Positions 10,162 to 18,770 of a stretch of DNA of 64,000 nt are shown here, piece after piece (position 1 is the first letter of the stretch; each line of letters begins with the position of its first letter). The stretch covers positions 86,771-150,770 of the forward strand of contig CAYFPJ010000001.1 in NCBI GenBank assembly GCA_964344965.1, read 5' to 3'. The stretch is from an uncultured Gammaproteobacteria bacterium. GTDB lineage: Bacteria > Patescibacteriota > Patescibacteriia > Magasanikbacterales > UBA922. Position numbers and translations under genes: made by a program. The notes below the pieces were generated by a model that did not search any database, was not told where the DNA came from, and saw only the letters and a program-made list of their open reading frames with translations.

Positions 10162-11203
10162 AAATTTTCCAATTTGGATTGGCTTCTATATCTTGCCACT
10201 TGGTGAAATTTTTATTTTTGGCATGGTGATAAGAGGCAACGGCGATCATGGCGGCGTTGTCCATGGCATATTTTAAGTTCGGAGCCAATAGTTCATAGCC
10301 AATAGTTTTTGTTTTGTCTTCCAGACTTTGGCGAAGTTTCTTATTAGCACTGACGCCGCCGGCGAGGATGATTGTTTTGGGGCTGTATTTTTGGGCGGCT
10401 TTGGTGGTTTTCTCGACAAGGACGTCGGTGATGGCTTGCTGGAAGCTGGCGCAGAAGTCTGGCAAGTTCGGAGCCAATAGTTCATAGTCAATAGTTTTTT
10501 TCTTTGCATTGTCTTGGAGCCAATATAAAGCAGCAGTCTTTAGGCCGGAGAAGCTCATGTCGAAGTTTTTGGAATTTATCATTGGTCTTGGAAAGTTTAT
10601 TGTCTCTGGATTTCCCTCTGTGGCGAGTTTGGAAATTTTTGGACCACCGGGATATTCGAGACCAAGTAGTTTTGCCACCTTATCAAAACATTCTCCAGCA
10701 GCATCGTCACGAGTGCCACCGACCTTTTCATAATTACCTTGTTTTTTGGAGAGGATTAACTCTGTGTGTCCTCCGCTAACAATTAAAGATAGTGCAGGAT
10801 ATTCAAATTGATTTTTGATTTTTGATTTTTGATTTAGGATTTGAACAGAGTGTATATGTCCTTCAATATGATTAACTCCAATCAGAGGTACTTCCCATAG
10901 GTATGACAGTGTCTTTGCCGCCTCAACTCCCACAATCAAACCTGTGATTAGTCCAGGACCAGAAGTGACAGCGATAAGATCTGGTTTTTTTACTCCTGCC
11001 TTTGAAAGCACCTCCTCAACAAGGGGAATAATCTTCTCAGCATGTTTCCTGCCAGCAATTTCTGGTACGACACCACCATATTTTTTGTGTACTTCAATTT
11101 GACTAGCTGTCAGTTCAGCTAGGATTTCAATTTTGTCATCAGTTATTTCTACGAGAGCGACAGATGTATCGTCACAAGAACTTTCTATTCCTAGTATTTT
11201 CAT
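10154..11203 (-). CDS. tsaD: tRNA N6-adenosine threonylcarbamoyltransferase
   Basis: MKILGIESSCDDTSVALV N-terminus and a C-terminal GGVSAN...DNAAMIA motif typical of Kae1/TsaD. Confidence 0.88.
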   Translation of the reverse strand: MKILGIESSCDDTSVALVEITDDKIEILAELTASQIEVHKKYGGVVPEIAGRKHAEKIIPLVEEVLSKAGVKKPDLIAVTSGPGLITGLIVGVEAAKTLSYLWEVPLIGVNHIEGHIHSVQILNQKSKIKNQFEYPALSLIVSGGHTELILSKKQGNYEKVGGTRDDAAGECFDKVAKLLGLEYPGGPKISKLATEGNPETINFPRPMINSKNFDMSFSGLKTAALYWLQDNAKKKTIDYELLAPNLPDFCASFQQAITDVLVEKTTKAAQKYSPKTIILAGGVSANKKLRQSLEDKTKTIGYELLAPNLKYAMDNAAMIAVASYHHAKNKNFTKWQDIEANPNWKIYE

Positions 11204-11243
11204 AACACAGATTATAAAGATTTTTAAGGATTACACAGAATAT

Positions 11244-12752
11244 TTAAGATATATAATGACAACCAATACTTTTTTCTCTCTCTAGTGCAGCTTCAGTAAT
11301 AAGTATTGCTACTGTATTTAAGTTTCGGAGCTCCAGTATTTCCTGATTGATTCCATTTTTATATATTTTTTCAACTTCTTCTTTCAATTTTTTTAATTTT
11401 TCCAAACTTTTTTTCATGTCTTTTTCATTCCTAACAATCCCAACATTTTCCCACATTGTTTTTTGAATATCAATTTTTAATTTCGTAATTTGTTGAGATT
11501 GTGTAGTCTCTGAAATTTGGTGATTGGTGGTTGGAAATTTTTTGGAAATTGTATCTTGTATCTTAGTTGCATATTTTTTTGCAGAATCGACTGCTCTGGC
11601 ACTAAATACCAAGCATTCCAATAAAGAGTTCGAAGCCAAACGATTGGCTCCATGCACTCCTGTATTAGCTACTTCTCCGAAGGCGTATAGTCCATCTAAG
11701 CTTGTCTTGCCATCATAATCAGTATGAATTCCTCCACAAACATAGTGAGCTGCGGGGGCGACAGGGATCATGTCTTGATCCATTTTTATACCATGCCACC
11801 AGAGTTGTTCGTAGATATAGGGAAAACGTTTTTTTATATAATTACTTCCTTTGTGGCGGATATCTAGCAAGACATGATCGCTTTTTGTTTCAAGCATTTC
11901 TGCATAGATTGCCCTAGAGACTATGTCACGAGGAGCAAGATCTTTATCTCCATGATATTTTTGCATGAATTTTTCACCATCAATATTTTTCAAGATACCA
12001 CCTTCTCCGCGTATTGTTTCAGAAATAAGGAAAGCTGGCTTGTCTTCTAGAGCTAGGACAGTAGGGTGAAATTGAATGAACTCCATGTCACGGATTTCAG
12101 CTCCAGCTCGCGCAGCCATGGCGACTCCATCTCCAGTGGCAATTTTGGGATTACAATTTCGGGCATAAATTTGTCCTGCACCTCCAGTAGCCACGATAGT
12201 GGCTTTGGCAAAAAATTGTTGTACCACATTTTTTTCTCCATCAAAGACTAGCGCACCGATACATTTTTTATCTTCTACAATCAGTTCAAAAGCAGTGTGT
12301 GATTCGAATGTGGTGATTTTCTCACTATGTCTCACTTGATGAAGAAGAGCTCGCTCTATTTCTTTTCCTGTAGCATCGTGGACATGGGCAATCCGCTTAT
12401 TGCTATGACCTCCTTCTTGAGTCAGACAAAGCTCTCCATTTTCTCTACTAAATCCGACTCCAATATTGATCAGATGTTCGATTTGGGCTGGGGCATTTTT
12501 TACCAGCAATTCCACAGCTTTTTTATCATTGATCTGACAACCAGCTTTCATGGTATCTTCTATGTGGCTAGCAAAACTATCGTGCTTGTCAAGCACTGCA
12601 GCTATACCACCTTGGGCGTAGTTGCTGTTGCTTTCCATTAATTCTTTTTTGGTGACGATTGCTACTGTGCCATGCTTACTTATTTCCAATGCAAAATTGA
12701 GGCCAGCTATTCCAGAGCCTATTACAAGAAAGTCGAATTGAAAATTGTTCAT
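11244..12752 (-). CDS. nadB: L-aspartate oxidase
   Basis: FAD-binding GSGIAGL N-terminus and a fumarate reductase/SdhA-like flavoprotein fold; it is adjacent to nadC and nadA. Confidence 0.85.
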   Translation of the reverse strand: MNNFQFDFLVIGSGIAGLNFALEISKHGTVAIVTKKELMESNSNYAQGGIAAVLDKHDSFASHIEDTMKAGCQINDKKAVELLVKNAPAQIEHLINIGVGFSRENGELCLTQEGGHSNKRIAHVHDATGKEIERALLHQVRHSEKITTFESHTAFELIVEDKKCIGALVFDGEKNVVQQFFAKATIVATGGAGQIYARNCNPKIATGDGVAMAARAGAEIRDMEFIQFHPTVLALEDKPAFLISETIRGEGGILKNIDGEKFMQKYHGDKDLAPRDIVSRAIYAEMLETKSDHVLLDIRHKGSNYIKKRFPYIYEQLWWHGIKMDQDMIPVAPAAHYVCGGIHTDYDGKTSLDGLYAFGEVANTGVHGANRLASNSLLECLVFSARAVDSAKKYATKIQDTISKKFPTTNHQISETTQSQQITKLKIDIQKTMWENVGIVRNEKDMKKSLEKLKKLKEEVEKIYKNGINQEILELRNLNTVAILITEAALEREKSIGCHYIS

Positions 12753-12759
12753 AGTTTTT

Positions 12760-12840
12760 CATGCTGAGTAACCCCTCCGCCCTTCCACCTTCGCTAAAAC
12801 TACGGCAGACAGGGCGGGCATCTCCCCTTATAAAGGGGAG
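12760..12840. repeat. GC-rich nested hairpins (CCACCTTCGCTAAAACTACGG motif; TCCCCTT ataaa GGGGAGGA)
   Basis: Read directly. A related motif, CCACCTTCGCTAAGGCTACGGTGG, occurs at 20197-20220. Confidence 0.4.
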
Positions 12841-12845
12841 GATAG

Positions 12846-13715
12846 TCACAATATATCTAGTGAAATATCTAAAGCTTTTGTAGAATGGGTGAGGCTCCCA
12901 AGTGAGATGACATCGACACCACTCTTGGCATAGCCAGCAATATTTTTTTCATTAATTCCACCTGATGCTTCGAAAATAATATTAGTTTTGCCAATTTGCT
13001 TGAGAATTTTTCTGATATCACTTGGCTTGAAGTTGTCGAGCATGATGGCGCCGGGGTTTTGTTTTACAAATTTTAATACTTGGGATTTTGTTTTACATTC
13101 TATTTCCCAGAAAGACTTAAGACTTAAGATAGAAGATTTAAGATTTTTGTTTTTTTTGATATGATTGTCCTTTATTAAAATCCAGTCATAGAGTCCTAGT
13201 CTATGTGTTCCGCCACCACCTAAGGTTACTGCTTTTTTGTCGACTAGTCCCCATTGAGTTTTACGGGTTGGGACGATGAGGATATCTTTGCCTACTTTTT
13301 TTACTAGTTTGTTTGTTTGGGTGGTAATACCAGACATTCTTTGTAGTAAGTTTAAAATTGTCCGTTCTACTTTTAGAATATTTTTTATTCCTCCAGTTAT
13401 CTTGAGTATTTTTTCGCCTTTTTTGATCTTGCGACCATCCTTTTTGTAACTTGTAACTTGTAACTTGTAACTAGAGAGAAACCATTGTATTTCTTGGAGG
13501 CCAGCAACAATTCCATTCTCCTTGGCTTTTACAATAGCTGTCACTTTTGGATTTCCTTTTATCATTGCATCACTTGTGACGTCACCGATATTTTCAAGAT
13601 CTTCAGACAAAAAATCTGCAGTCAATCGTTTGACTTGCTCCAAGTATTTTTTATTTTTGAGAGTTAGTTTGGCTCTCTGATTAAAATACTTATATATTTT
13701 TTGTTTTTTATTCAT
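12846..13715 (-). CDS. nadC: nicotinate-nucleotide pyrophosphorylase (quinolinate phosphoribosyltransferase)
   Basis: 289-aa QPRTase family protein. It contains an in-frame (TTGTAAC)x4 tract at 13444-13471. Confidence 0.85.
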   Translation of the reverse strand: MNKKQKIYKYFNQRAKLTLKNKKYLEQVKRLTADFLSEDLENIGDVTSDAMIKGNPKVTAIVKAKENGIVAGLQEIQWFLSSYKLQVTSYKKDGRKIKKGEKILKITGGIKNILKVERTILNLLQRMSGITTQTNKLVKKVGKDILIVPTRKTQWGLVDKKAVTLGGGGTHRLGLYDWILIKDNHIKKNKNLKSSILSLKSFWEIECKTKSQVLKFVKQNPGAIMLDNFKPSDIRKILKQIGKTNIIFEASGGINEKNIAGYAKSGVDVISLGSLTHSTKALDISLDIL

Positions 13716-13729
13716 ACTGATCAGTTTTT

Positions 13730-13810
13730 ATCTGTCTAATCTGTTAGATCTGTGTTCTATTTAATTACACCATTTAGATAGAACACGGATTGAACTGATC
13801 TAACTGATTT
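13730..13810. repeat. family C palindromic element (TAGATCTGTGTTCTAT...ATAGAACACGGATT)
   Basis: Inverted repeat; related copies lie at 49760-49864 and 57841-57920. Confidence 0.6.
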
Positions 13811-13819
13811 GAACGGATT

Positions 13820-14830
13820 TTATTTACTCAGCTCCATCATGCGATCCAAAGCCAATTTTGCTTTTTGTAGAATTTCATCAGGAATATCAACAATTTGTTT
13901 TTTGTGAGGATTTTTCAGAGCCATTAGGACTTGCCCGAGATTAATCTGCTTCATGAAGGGGCAGAGCTGACAAGTGCCAACTATTTGCTTGTTTGGGAAT
14001 TCTGTCTTTACTCTATCAGTGATCCCACATTCGGTGATGAGCATGTAGTTGTCAGCTGGATTTTCTTTTACATATTTGAGCATGTCAGCTGTACTTCCGA
14101 CGAGATCTACAGCGTCAGTGACTGATGAAGTACACTCATAGTGAGCTAAGATGTGAGTTCCAGGATATTTCGTTCGTATATCATCTATGGCTTGCTTGTC
14201 AAAGCGTTCATGCACAATGCAAGTCCCATGCCAGAGGATTAATTTCTTCTTGGTTCTCTTTTGTAGATTTTCTCCCATCAGTTTGTCGGGAATGAAGATC
14301 ACTTCGTCTTCTTCAAATGATTCAATAATTTTGAGAGCATTGGAGCTGGTACAACAGACATCACTTTCAGCTTTCACTTCTGCGCTAGTGTTGACATAGG
14401 TCACTACTGGTACGCCTGGATATTTCTTTTTCAATTCTCTTACATTTTCAGCAGTAATACTCTCAGCTAGAGAACAGCCAGCGACGTCTGGGACTAGGAC
14501 TTCTTTTTCCGGACTAAGTATCTTGGCAGTTTCTCCCATGAAGTGTACCGAGCAAAAGATTATTTTTTTAGCGCTGTGTTCGGCGGCAATCTTGCTGAGA
14601 CCATAAGAATCTCCCACAAAATCAGCAATACCATACATGATATCTGGAGTTTGGTAAGAGTGGGCGAGAATGATAGCGTCTTGCTCTTTTTTGAGCTCAT
14701 TAATTTCCAGGGTCATGTGGGCTATCAAACCACAGTCTTCGAGAGACCAGTTGACGTTTTTTAGTTTTTCGTATAGTCGATTGGTTTCTGCTTTGATTTT
14801 TTCTGGTGAATATTTCATAATTTCTGTCAT
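13820..14830 (-). CDS. nadA: quinolinate synthase
   Basis: 336 aa with the cysteine-containing motifs of the NadA family. Confidence 0.88.
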   Translation of the reverse strand: MTEIMKYSPEKIKAETNRLYEKLKNVNWSLEDCGLIAHMTLEINELKKEQDAIILAHSYQTPDIMYGIADFVGDSYGLSKIAAEHSAKKIIFCSVHFMGETAKILSPEKEVLVPDVAGCSLAESITAENVRELKKKYPGVPVVTYVNTSAEVKAESDVCCTSSNALKIIESFEEDEVIFIPDKLMGENLQKRTKKKLILWHGTCIVHERFDKQAIDDIRTKYPGTHILAHYECTSSVTDAVDLVGSTADMLKYVKENPADNYMLITECGITDRVKTEFPNKQIVGTCQLCPFMKQINLGQVLMALKNPHKKQIVDIPDEILQKAKLALDRMMELSK

Positions 14831-14907
14831 TCTGAACGAAGTGAAGAATCTTTCTTAAGTTGTTTTTTATTTGTAAATAATATAGTGGTTTAAAAGGTTC
14901 TTGGTAG

Positions 14908-14936
14908 AAAAGATCCTTCGCTACGCTCAGGATGAC
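14908..14936. repeat. family B half element (AGATCCTTCGCTACGCTCAGGATGAC)
   Basis: A single arm of the family B palindrome. Confidence 0.5.
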
Positions 14937-15403
14937 AATTCTAGGCTATTCTTTTTAGTCCATGGTGCATGTTGTTGCCATAATGAGTTATTATTTTTTA
15001 TCATCTTACGCAGTTCTGTTCCAGAAATATTAATATTAATCTTAATCTTTTTTACATTATATCCTTTTTCTTCAAACAAACCCGCTACCCATTCATTACC
15101 AGTATAGACTACATCAAAACTTCCAACGATCTTCACCACATGGTCGATCCAATTTTTTTCGTCATGAATATCTGGAATGGCAAGTATTTTGTAATTTAAA
15201 TTTTGATCTTGAAGAGATTTTTCAATCATTTCTTTTCTTTCTTCAAAAGTCCAGGGATTTTCATCAGTATCGCTATACTGTGAACTACCAACTCCAATAA
15301 TTATTTCGTCTTCTGAAATTTGTTTCAAGGCATCGAGGTGGCCGAGATGGAAGGGTTGGAAGCGGCCGATGAAGAGGACTTTTTGCATAGACACAGATTG
15401 CAC
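14927..15403 (-). CDS. nicotinamide/nicotinate mononucleotide adenylyltransferase, archaeal NadM-like
   Basis: 158 aa with a FIGRFQPFHLGH nucleotidyltransferase motif; it sits inside the NAD biosynthesis operon. Confidence 0.75.
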   Translation of the reverse strand: MQSVSMQKVLFIGRFQPFHLGHLDALKQISEDEIIIGVGSSQYSDTDENPWTFEERKEMIEKSLQDQNLNYKILAIPDIHDEKNWIDHVVKIVGSFDVVYTGNEWVAGLFEEKGYNVKKIKININISGTELRKMIKNNNSLWQQHAPWTKKNSLELSS

Positions 15404-15418
15404 AGATTTTTACGGATT

Positions 15419-16159
15419 TCACAGATCACAGATTGGAGCTGTAGTATTTTTGTGAGTTGAATTTTTCATCATCTCTTTTACCTTCTCTACATCTGCACTT
15501 TCAAATCCATCCAAACTAGCATCATCCTCAATCGCTTTCAAAATTTTATCAAGCACTTCGTACGTTATTCCAATCTCTTCTTCATCAGTCTGACCTTCCC
15601 ATAGTCCTGCAGTCGGCGGTCGGTCAATTATCTCTTGAGGAACACCAATATGTTTTGCCAGTTCGCGTTCTTCTGTTTTGTAAAGATCTCCGATAGGTAA
15701 GAGGTCCACTCCACCATCACCATATTTTGTAAAGTAACCAATCATCAATTCTGTTTTATTTCCTGTACCGAGTACTATCCCGCCGATCTCATTTGCCTCA
15801 CCATAAAGGAGCGACATTCGGATCCGGGCTTTGAGGTTACCGGTTGAATATTGGGAGCTGTAGAGATTGTTGGTAGATTTTTGGAATGCCTCTAACATTG
15901 GTTCTATACTGAATACATAAGACTTAAGATTTAAGATTTTTGCCACACGTTTGGCAAGTTCGAGATCTTCCGAAGTGTTGCTGTCAGAAGGGGACATGAT
16001 AACATGGACTTTATCGGCTCCGAGGGCTTCGGTAGCAAGAAAAGCTACGACAGATGAGTCGATTCCGCCACTTAGGCCGATTACTACTGGTTTGTCACCG
16101 ACGTGGTGTTTTATAAATTGGATAATTTTGTCTTTTGTCTGATCCATAGAAATTGGCAT
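15419..16159 (-). CDS. nadE: NH3-dependent NAD+ synthetase
   Basis: VVIGLSGGIDSSVVAFLA PP-loop motif; 246 aa. Confidence 0.88.
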   Translation of the reverse strand: MPISMDQTKDKIIQFIKHHVGDKPVVIGLSGGIDSSVVAFLATEALGADKVHVIMSPSDSNTSEDLELAKRVAKILNLKSYVFSIEPMLEAFQKSTNNLYSSQYSTGNLKARIRMSLLYGEANEIGGIVLGTGNKTELMIGYFTKYGDGGVDLLPIGDLYKTEERELAKHIGVPQEIIDRPPTAGLWEGQTDEEEIGITYEVLDKILKAIEDDASLDGFESADVEKVKEMMKNSTHKNTTAPICDL

Positions 16160-16250
16160 ATATTATGATATTCTTCCTTATTCTAGCAGAATTTGAGAAT
16201 TTTTCCAGTGTTGAGGATAAATGATCAAAATATATTGACATATATATATA

Positions 16251-16279
16251 TTGACATATTCTCCAAAATGCTATATAAT
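16251..16279 (+). promoter_or_regulatory. sigma70 promoter TTGACA-17-TATAAT for tRNA-Glu
   Basis: ttgaca at 16251-16256, a 17-nt spacer and tataat at 16274-16279. A second ttgaca lies at 16235-16240. Confidence 0.6.
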
Positions 16280-16307
16280 TTTTCCGTCTTAGTCAATTAC
16301 TGACTAT

Positions 16308-16379
16308 GGCCCCATCGTCTAGTGGTTAGGACACCAGGTTTTCATCCTGGGAACAGGGGTTCGATTCCCCTTGGGGCTA
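16308..16379 (+). tRNA. tRNA-Glu (anticodon UUC)
   Basis: Cloverleaf folded by hand: acceptor GGCCCCA / TGGGGCT, anticodon stem CCAGG / CCTGG with loop TTTTCAT, T-arm GGGG TTCGATT CCCC. The 5' end resembles E. coli tRNA-Glu. Confidence 0.85.
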
Positions 16380-16496
16380 CGAAACACAAAGAGGTCTTGC
16401 CAAAACAAGATTTTTTTGTTTTCATTAAGCTAAAACTATAGAGTTCCATTTTTTGTAATGGAATTTTTTTAAAAGGGCAACATAAAACGATTCTTA

Positions 16497-16532
16497 CGCC
16501 CAACTTAGCAAAATACAGGGTTCGATTCCCCT
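16497..16532 (+). pseudogene. chimeric tRNA remnant (5' part like tRNA-Thr GCCAACTTAGC, T-arm like tRNA-Glu CAGGGTTCGATTCCCCT)
   Basis: Read directly; it cannot fold into a complete cloverleaf. Confidence 0.45.
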
Positions 16533-16545
16533 AAACTTTTTTTCT

Positions 16546-18696
16546 ATGTCTTTTCTGAATAGAGAACAACGTATTGATTTGTTTATGTCTCTTTTTACCG
16601 GACGTGAAGACGTGTATGCCTACCGTTGGGAAAGTAGGGGCGGAAAGAAAGGGTATGCTCCCGCGTACGCAGATAGTAACAAAAAACAATATATCCCTTT
16701 CACTAAAAATGTTGTAGAGCAACACCTCTTGGGGAATCAAACAATTGGGGTATACCCATTTCTCACATATAATACATCTAGATTTGTCGTAGCGGATTTT
16801 GATACACCGGACTGTCTGAATTTGCTAAAAAGACTGATAGAAGTATGTAGAGAACGTGGAATAGAGACTTACATTGAGCGATCTCAGTCAGGTAGCGGAT
16901 TTCACGCGTGGTGGTTTTTTGAACAAGCGTATCCTGCATACAAATCACGAAAGATATTTCTTACCCTTCTCAAAAATGCAGGAATCATAGATCAATTTGA
17001 TAAAACGGAAAGTTTTGATCGATTATTTCCCAACCAAGATTATCTTTCAGGTAAAGGGTTGGGTAATTTGATTGCTCTGCCATTGCAAGGTAGCTCAAGA
17101 AAAAGAGGTGCCACTGTATTTCTCGACCCTGAGAATGATTTTCGAGTAGCCAAAGATCAATGGGGATTGCTCCAAGGGATAAAACGCATATCTATGGAGA
17201 CATTGGATAAACTATTTGAGATATCCACACAAAATAGGGATTATTTCATTGAGAATGACACAACAATGTTAGACGCAGATACCGGAAGTGTCCCAATTAC
17301 AATATCGACTCATATTGTTATTCCTAAAAAAGCTGTATCAAAAAATTTTGCGAATTTTCTTTCAGATCATTTACATTTTTTCAATACAGAATACGCGGTC
17401 AAACAAAAGATGGGGCTGTCGACGCATAATACGGAACGATTCTTCAATACAATTGAAAAGTCTGATGAACATATTTTCCTCCCAAGAGGTTTCTTCTCAA
17501 AATTTACTTCTTTTCTTGGAGAAAATAATATCCCGTACACTATTCGTGATGCGAGAATAGAATTTGATTCTCCGACAAAGGTTTCATTATCGTGTCCTCT
17601 CTTTGTATATCAAGAGAAAGCAGTACATGCTTGCCTTTCACAAGATACAGGTATTCTTGTTGCCCCTCCGGGATCTGGAAAGACAATCATGGGTTTGTCT
17701 CTCGTCGCAGCCAGGAAACAACCGAGCTTGATTATCACTCACAGAAAACAAATTTATGAGCAATGGTTAGAACGTATCGAACAATTCATGGGAATATCTA
17801 AAAAGAACATTGGACAAATCACATCTACAAAGAAGGTTATACGATCTCCAATTACTGTCGCTACGATTCAGACACTTGCTCGGATGGTAGATACGATAAA
17901 AGACGAGATGGCCACACATTTTGGATGTATTATTGTTGATGAATGCCATCATATCCCTGCAAAAATGTTCAGACGTGTCATTACCCAGCTCAGCCCGAAA
18001 TATCTCTATGGACTTACCGCAACACCAATGCGCAAACATAATGACGAAAGACTAATGTTTTTGTATCTAGGAGAAAACATATATGAAGTCTCAAAGGAGG
18101 ATATAAAACAAAATAGCTCCAAAGATTCATCTGATGTGAAAATTTATGTTCAAGAAACTGAATTATCTTTTCCATTTACCGTTCACACGAGAAATTATCA
18201 GACTGTGTCAAAAATGCTTATTGCCGATACCAAGAGAAATGAACAAATCATTGCCGACGTGACTTCGGAAATTGAACAAGGTAAGAAGTGTTTGTTGCTC
18301 ACAGAACGGAAGGAACACGTAAAGATATTCCAGCTGTATCTTGGTAAAAAATATGAAACCATCACGCTCACCGGTGGAGAAAGGATTATGAAGAGAAAAC
18401 AGAAGATTGAACAGATCAAAAGTGGTCATTTTCAGGTGATTATTGCGACCGGACAGTACATAGGAGAGGGTATGCATTTTGACGATCTGGATTCGTTGTT
18501 TCTGGTATATCCGTGTTCATTTAGTGGAAAATTGACGCAATATATTGGCAGAGTATTACACAGCGATAATAGTTCAAAGAATGTATATGATTATAGAGAC
18601 AGCGACATTCCTTATTTCGAGAGGATGTTCAAAAAGAGGAAAAAATATTATGAAAAAGAGTATGGAGGTAATAGTAATATGAGAACATTGCTATGA
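16546..18696 (+). CDS. PrimPol (archaeo-eukaryotic-type primase-polymerase) domain fused to an SF2 DEAD/DEAH-box helicase
   Basis: N-terminal PrimPol motifs VVADFDTPD (DxD) and SQSGSGFHAWWFF. The helicase carries Walker A APPGSGKT, DECHH, TATPMR and a C-terminal QYIGRVLH motif VI. Confidence 0.75.
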   Translation: MSFLNREQRIDLFMSLFTGREDVYAYRWESRGGKKGYAPAYADSNKKQYIPFTKNVVEQHLLGNQTIGVYPFLTYNTSRFVVADFDTPDCLNLLKRLIEVCRERGIETYIERSQSGSGFHAWWFFEQAYPAYKSRKIFLTLLKNAGIIDQFDKTESFDRLFPNQDYLSGKGLGNLIALPLQGSSRKRGATVFLDPENDFRVAKDQWGLLQGIKRISMETLDKLFEISTQNRDYFIENDTTMLDADTGSVPITISTHIVIPKKAVSKNFANFLSDHLHFFNTEYAVKQKMGLSTHNTERFFNTIEKSDEHIFLPRGFFSKFTSFLGENNIPYTIRDARIEFDSPTKVSLSCPLFVYQEKAVHACLSQDTGILVAPPGSGKTIMGLSLVAARKQPSLIITHRKQIYEQWLERIEQFMGISKKNIGQITSTKKVIRSPITVATIQTLARMVDTIKDEMATHFGCIIVDECHHIPAKMFRRVITQLSPKYLYGLTATPMRKHNDERLMFLYLGENIYEVSKEDIKQNSSKDSSDVKIYVQETELSFPFTVHTRNYQTVSKMLIADTKRNEQIIADVTSEIEQGKKCLLLTERKEHVKIFQLYLGKKYETITLTGGERIMKRKQKIEQIKSGHFQVIIATGQYIGEGMHFDDLDSLFLVYPCSFSGKLTQYIGRVLHSDNSSKNVYDYRDSDIPYFERMFKKRKKYYEKEYGGNSNMRTLL

Positions 18697-18770
18697 TCGG
18701 CTTGTCATTTTTTTCAGATATCCACAGTGATATATCACATTTTTTTTAATTTTGTGATATATTTACAGGG

